A DNA stretch of 64,000 nucleotides from Deltaproteobacteria bacterium. GTDB lineage: Bacteria > Desulfobacterota > GWC2-55-46 > UBA9637. The notes beneath the pieces were generated by a model. That model was not told the origin of the DNA. It saw nothing but the letters and a program-made list of their open reading frames with translations, and did no database searches. The position numbers and the translations under genes are program-made. The stretch covers positions 5,620 through 69,619 of the forward strand of contig JACRNJ010000051.1 in assembly GCA_016219285.1 (NCBI GenBank), given 5' to 3'. Positions 59,383 to 64,000 of this stretch are shown one piece after another (position 1 is the stretch's first letter; each line of letters opens with the position of its first letter).

Positions 59383-60791
59383 AAGTAAACACACTTGCGG
59401 ACTTCGGTTCGTCCATAGCTGCCCATTTGCTGGCTGCTGTTCCCTTTGCCCCTGGGCAATACAAAAATCTTATTGATCTTGAAACCGAAGTTTTCCGCAA
59501 ACTCTGATAAAATTAAATCAACCGGAATTTCTTCGCCGCCGTAACGAACATTATCGTTTACCATTACACAATAGCCCGCGCTTTTCACAACCCTTGCCAT
59601 TTCATAAATTACAAAACACAATTCCAGAAAATAGTTTTTCACCATGCGCGGGATGTTGTTGTTGTTGAGTTTATCCGACTTGTTCAACGCATCAAGAACA
59701 GCGTTCACCTCTGCCATTGCGCCGGAATTGTTATAAACCTCAATAACTTTTTCAAAAGTTTCCGGTCTGCCGATAGAAGAATAAAACTGTTTTAAAGAGT
59801 CGGTTTTTTCTTTGTTTTCTACGGTGCAGGAAAGCATTGATTGCCGCAAATTGCGCACATGGTCGCTGTCGCAGCCGAGATAGACCAATTCCAAAGCGTA
59901 AGTTCTCGTATAGTCATAGCGATTACAGTAGGGCGGCGAGGTAATGATAAAATCAAAAAAGTTGTCTTTAAGTTTAGGTAATTTTTCCAGACAGGAACCT
60001 TCCATAATGCTTACAGGATGCTGTTCGTGTCCTTTATTTTCAAACCGATCAAAGAGTGTGATGGTTTTATTTGGAGACAAGTCGGAAATAATTTGTGAGA
60101 GTTTGCGATTCATTGCCTCTTCAAATGAATGGATTTTCCCGATGTCAAACGGTTTGCCTGGCAGTTTTCTTTTTGAACGATAGTCCCAGCGCAGATACTG
60201 TCCGTCTTTTCTCGTGAAGCTGATTTCTTCAAGCACAGAAAATGCCGCAAATCTTAAAACAGTCTTTATCTGTTTGTTCTTAATCTTATCGCAATAGGCG
60301 AGGTGTTTGTTGAGGGCGATTTCCGTTTCTTCGGAAAAGGCGTCTTGTGTGATTGGAATATGATTTATATGTTTTTTGTAATCATCAATCTCTTTCAACT
60401 TTACCCAAAGATTTTTTACAACCTTTTTCAGTTCTTCCGCATCAATGGCGTTTAATACCTCTCTTGTCTGTATTGCAAAAATACCGACCGGCAGAAGTTC
60501 TATTCCATAAGACTTCCAGCCGAGTTCTTGCGCTGCGAATAAGGCTGAGCCTGCGCCTGCAAACGGATCTAAAATTTTTCCGGGTCTTTTGGAATATTGA
60601 GTCAGGAAATATTTAACGAGGCTTGATGAAAACCCCTCTTTGTATTTGAACCAACGATAAAGAGGCTCGTCTTTGTTGGCCTGAAAACTGACAACCTTGC
60701 GGTTTAAATGGCAAGCGGTCTCCAGCTTGTCTGCAAGCCGGTCATAAAGCTGTTGCCGTTCGGAAGGAAATATTTTTACTGCTTGTCCCAT
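59367..60791 (-). CDS. Cognate N4-cytosine DNA methyltransferase
   Basis: RWFKYKEGFS, LDPFAGAG (motif I), TSPPY (motif IV), KGNSSQQMG. Confidence 0.88.
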   Translation of the reverse strand: MGQAVKIFPSERQQLYDRLADKLETACHLNRKVVSFQANKDEPLYRWFKYKEGFSSSLVKYFLTQYSKRPGKILDPFAGAGSALFAAQELGWKSYGIELLPVGIFAIQTREVLNAIDAEELKKVVKNLWVKLKEIDDYKKHINHIPITQDAFSEETEIALNKHLAYCDKIKNKQIKTVLRFAAFSVLEEISFTRKDGQYLRWDYRSKRKLPGKPFDIGKIHSFEEAMNRKLSQIISDLSPNKTITLFDRFENKGHEQHPVSIMEGSCLEKLPKLKDNFFDFIITSPPYCNRYDYTRTYALELVYLGCDSDHVRNLRQSMLSCTVENKEKTDSLKQFYSSIGRPETFEKVIEVYNNSGAMAEVNAVLDALNKSDKLNNNNIPRMVKNYFLELCFVIYEMARVVKSAGYCVMVNDNVRYGGEEIPVDLILSEFAENFGFKINKIFVLPRGKGNSSQQMGSYGRTEVRKCVYLWQKR

Positions 60792-60832
60792 TGTTGCGAT
60801 TTTAATCCTTTTTCACTTTCCTTAAGTTTGAC

Positions 60833-60867
60833 ATAGGTTAGGTTTCGCTTTGCTGAACCCAACCTAT
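60833..60867. repeat. REP-like hairpin at the R-M / transaldolase junction
   Basis: ataggttaggtttcgctttgctgaacccaacctat. Confidence 0.65.
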
Positions 60868-61511
60868 TTTTTAGGCACCTTTTCCCAATCCTTCATAAAC
60901 CTGTCAATGCCAATATCTGTGAGCGGATGTTTGGACAACTGCTCTATGACCTTGAACGGTATTGTGGCTACATGCGCGCCCATAAGCGCCGCCTCCACAA
61001 CATGCATTGGATGCCGTATGCTGGCGACAATGACCTCTGTGGAGAATCTATAGTTTTCATAAATAGTCAGAATCTGGTCAATCAAATCCATGCCATTCTG
61101 CGAAATATCATCCAGTCTGCCTACAAACGGGCTTGCATATGTTGCCCCAGCCTTTGCAGCCATGAGCGCCTGCGTGGGCGAAAATACAAGCGTTACATTG
61201 GTCTTTATGCCTTGTTTTGAGACAACCTTAACAGCCTTGATCCCCTCAAGGGTCATGGGTATTTTCACCACTATATTTTTATGAATTTTGCTTAACTCTC
61301 TTGCCTCTTTAATCATGCCATCCGCATCAAGGCTTATTGCCTCCGCGCTTATTGGGCCGTCCACTATGGAGCAAATCTCTTTGATAAGGTCTTTAAAATC
61401 CCTGCCCTCCCTGGACACAAGAGACGGATTGGTTGTTACACCGTCCACAAGCCCCCATTCATTTGCCTTTTTAATCTCTTGAATATTTGCAGTATCAATA
61501 AAAAATTTCAT
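60864..61511 (-). CDS. tal: Transaldolase / fructose-6-phosphate aldolase family
   Basis: [35 protein letters not shown]. Confidence 0.9.
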   Translation of the reverse strand: MKFFIDTANIQEIKKANEWGLVDGVTTNPSLVSREGRDFKDLIKEICSIVDGPISAEAISLDADGMIKEARELSKIHKNIVVKIPMTLEGIKAVKVVSKQGIKTNVTLVFSPTQALMAAKAGATYASPFVGRLDDISQNGMDLIDQILTIYENYRFSTEVIVASIRHPMHVVEAALMGAHVATIPFKVIEQLSKHPLTDIGIDRFMKDWEKVPKK

Positions 61512-61579
61512 GCTTACCCCCTTATGATTTTCTTGACTTACTACGCTGTTGAGTATAAATTAAATGAGGTTATTATTCA

Positions 61580-61666
61580 ACCCTTGACAAAATAAATAAT
61601 TTTATCTTTAAGATAAAATCAGGAAACAGGTTTAGTTAAAACTAAACCTGCTATTTTGTCAAGGGT
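61580..61666. repeat. Branched palindrome upstream of tRNA-Leu
   Basis: 15-bp acccttgacaaaata/tattttgtcaagggt enclosing two further hairpins. Confidence 0.75.
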
Positions 61667-61678
61667 CAATCCAAAATT

Positions 61679-61764
61679 GCCGAAGTGGCGGAATGGCAGA
61701 CGCGCTAGATTCAGGTTCTAGTGGGTGAAAGCCTGTGGGGGTTCGAATCCCCCCTTCGGCACCA
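61679..61764 (+). tRNA. tRNA-Leu(CAG)
   Basis: ctaga-TTCAGGT-tctag anticodon arm, long variable arm, CCA. Confidence 0.95.
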
Positions 61765-61845
61765 AGTTTTGTAGTATGCCCATTTATGCGCGTAGTTGAA
61801 AAGAGGGCTTACGCATAAAAATGCCGATGAATCGGCAACTACAAG

Positions 61846-62316
61846 TCACAGGCTGTTCAAGATATTCTTGAAATGTATGGCCGCTGCCGTATCCCCGCTT
61901 ATCTCCAGTTTTCTTGAGAAAAATACCGTATCAGGGTCTTCCTTGCCAAGAAGCAGGCCGAAAAATATTTTAGCCTCCCCTTTCATTACAACATCCGGCG
62001 TTTTTGCAAGATGAGGGATAATCTTTATATCACTATCTTTGATGTGCAGATAAAACTTTTTATTTAAATCTAATGCCTCAAATAAAAAGACCTTATCATC
62101 AATCTCCTTCAGCCGTTCTTTAAATCCTTTATTGCTATCAACTATCGCGCCCATAACAGCGCCCATGCCGATCGCCTCAATCCAGAGGGGCATAATCTTC
62201 AAAACACCGGTTGCAAGTTTTAAGTTGCAAGCTGCAAGGAAAGACTTGAATCTTGAAACTTGAATCTTAAAACTTTCTTTATCTTCTGACTTCTTACTTC
62301 TGACTTCTGACTTCAT
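61846..62316 (-). CDS. SCP2 sterol-binding domain protein (UbiJ/UbiT-like); N-terminus built from heptamer repeats
   Basis: EDPDTVFFSRKLEISGD; downstream of ubiE. Confidence 0.8.
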   Translation of the reverse strand: MKSEVRSKKSEDKESFKIQVSRFKSFLAACNLKLATGVLKIMPLWIEAIGMGAVMGAIVDSNKGFKERLKEIDDKVFLFEALDLNKKFYLHIKDSDIKIIPHLAKTPDVVMKGEAKIFFGLLLGKEDPDTVFFSRKLEISGDTAAAIHFKNILNSL

Positions 62317-63062
62317 ACTTTGATACCTATATGCACCGCTGCGATGCCGTTAAACAGGTTGTAATATTTGACCTTAAATAGACCCACACCTTCCATTATT
62401 TTTTTCAACTCTTCCTGCGGCGGAAATTTTCTGATGGATTCAGGAAGGTATGTATACGCCTCTCTGTTACCGGTAACCACCTCGCCAATCTCAGGCATGA
62501 CTTTGAAAGAATAGAGGTCGTAGAGTTTGCTGAATGTCTTTGAGGTTGGATGAGAAAACTCAAGGCAGATAACCCTTCCTCCTGGTTTAACGACACGCGC
62601 CATCTCACCGAATGCCTTTTCAAGATAGGTGACATTCCTTATGCCGAAACCCACGGTTGCGCAGTTAAATGTATTATCTTCAAAACTTATATCCTCTGCA
62701 TTCCCCTGCACATACTGAATATTCTTTAAAAACCCCTTGTCAATGCATTTGTCTCTGCCGATTTCAAGCATCTCCCTGTTTATGTCATAAACAACGATTT
62801 TCCCATTCCCGCCAACCCTCTTTGCCATGAGCATGGCGATATCAGCAGTCCCTCCGCATACATCTATTGCAGAATCATCGGGTTTGAGATTTGTTTTCTC
62901 TGCCACAAACCTCTTCCAGAGCCTGTGCGTGCCAAGGCTCATAAGGTCGTTCATCAAATCATATTTATCCGCAACAGAGGTGAATATCTCCTGCACCCGC
63001 CCCCTTTTTTCCTCTACAGGGATTATTTTGCTGCCGAAGTGTGTGGTGTCTTTCTTTTCCAT
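62313..63062 (-). CDS. ubiE: UbiE/MenG quinone C-methyltransferase
   Basis: THFG, KYDLMNDLMSLG.HRLWK, GFGIRNVT, YLPESIRKFP. Confidence 0.93.
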   Translation of the reverse strand: MEKKDTTHFGSKIIPVEEKRGRVQEIFTSVADKYDLMNDLMSLGTHRLWKRFVAEKTNLKPDDSAIDVCGGTADIAMLMAKRVGGNGKIVVYDINREMLEIGRDKCIDKGFLKNIQYVQGNAEDISFEDNTFNCATVGFGIRNVTYLEKAFGEMARVVKPGGRVICLEFSHPTSKTFSKLYDLYSFKVMPEIGEVVTGNREAYTYLPESIRKFPPQEELKKIMEGVGLFKVKYYNLFNGIAAVHIGIKV

Positions 63063-63076
63063 TTGTATAACGATTT

Positions 63077-63153
63077 TGCAGCCTGCCGATTTATCGGCGT
63101 TTTAAAGCGCCCAAAACTTGTCCCCAAATGTTTTAATTGGGGATGGGCAAACT
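63077..63153. repeat. REP pair with nested 27-bp element (63117-63143)
   Basis: gccgatttatcggc ... gcccaaaa[cttgtccccaaatgttttaattgggga]tgggc. Confidence 0.85.
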
Positions 63154-63155
63154 AA

Positions 63156-64000
63156 CTACTTCTTACTGCTTACGAGCCTAAATCCAAGAACAGCAGCAAT
63201 TATAAATCCTACCCAGCTCAATGCCGGTATGCCCCACAATACAGCCCCGCCTTTACTTGCCATAGCAATAAACGATGAACCTATTATCAATGCTGCAATT
63301 ATCATCCCTGCTGCAATCCTGCGGCCGAGGCCTGCTATCTCGTCGGACAGCGCCTCAAGCTTATGATGCACAAATCCTATCTTCAGTTCTTCGCTAAGCG
63401 TTTTACTCAATACAGAATGCACCTGATATGGCACATCTGTCGCCATTTCTACAAAATCTTCCACCCTCCCCTTACCCTTTTCATAGAGCCTTTTTGGCGA
63501 GGCCTTTTCCTTGAGCATCCATTTGTAGATTAACGGCTTTGCAACCTCCCACATATTCACATCAGGATAAATCTGCCTGCCGACACCTTCGATTATTACC
63601 ATAGACTTTTGCAGAAGCAGCAGATTGGGCTGAAGCCTCATCTGAAAACGCCTCGCTGTTCTGATAAGCTTCATTATCAACTCAGACATGTTTATCTGCT
63701 CCAGCGTCCGGCCGAATACCGGCTCTGTAATCTCCCTCAATGCATCTTCAAACTCATGGATATCAACCTCCTTACCGATAAGCCCCATCTCGCGATGAAT
63801 CCGCGCCATACTGTAATAATCCTGTCTTATGAGGTGAAACAATAAACTTGCAAGATATTTCCTTACACCCTCATCAAGCCTGCCCATGATGCCAAAATCG
63901 AGATAGATAATAGTGCCGTCAGGGCTTGCAAAGATATTTCCCGGATGAAGGTCTGCGTGAAAAAAGCCGTATTCAAAGACCTGTTTAAAAAATGCCCTTA
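63156..64000 (-). CDS. ubiB: UbiB/ABC1 kinase-like protein (5' end outside window)
   Basis: Frame open to the window edge: FFHADLHPGN, YLDFGIMGR, LLLLQKSM..IEGVGR. Confidence 0.9.
   Translation of the reverse strand, partial: RAFFKQVFEYGFFHADLHPGNIFASPDGTIIYLDFGIMGRLDEGVRKYLASLLFHLIRQDYYSMARIHREMGLIGKEVDIHEFEDALREITEPVFGRTLEQINMSELIMKLIRTARRFQMRLQPNLLLLQKSMVIIEGVGRQIYPDVNMWEVAKPLIYKWMLKEKASPKRLYEKGKGRVEDFVEMATDVPYQVHSVLSKTLSEELKIGFVHHKLEALSDEIAGLGRRIAAGMIIAALIIGSSFIAMASKGGAVLWGIPALSWVGFIIAAVLGFRLVSSKK

Overview
AT-rich bacterial chromosome segment. The gene order (leuS-lptE-holA/rpsT/murJ; pgpA-cinA-thpR-recA-pilT-recX-alaS; selA-rpsA-sppA-ihfB) suggests a deltaproteobacterial/Desulfobacterota-like organism (inference). 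Most of it is housekeeping, with five tRNAs. Main accessory features: (1) A ~9.7 kb island between gmhA and selA holds a decaying type III-D CRISPR effector locus of the CorA/NrN (SAM-AMP signalling) type. The CorA-like N-terminus is fused in frame to the C-terminal half of Cas10, the tandem Cas7 gene has a TGA in its Gly-loop, and the large Cas7 gene has an A8 frameshift. The island also carries NYN and cmr1 relics, a PIN toxin-antitoxin pair and a four-helix-bundle gene wrapped in inverted heptamer arrays. A cas6 relic lies 10 kb away and no CRISPR array is visible. (2) A BsoBI/AvaI-like restriction-modification pair. (3) A dense set of small palindromic repeats: a precise 27-bp element, GTAG-type REPs, MITE-like elements and heptamer arrays. 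They nest inside one another and have inserted in frame into leuS, cobB, rsmE and metH. Also seen: a 3'-truncated hisD beside tRNA-Val, a frameshifted DUF62 SAM hydrolase, a DARS-like DnaA-box cluster and a ubiB-ubiE-SCP2 cluster. All family calls come from motif recognition by eye, not database searches.
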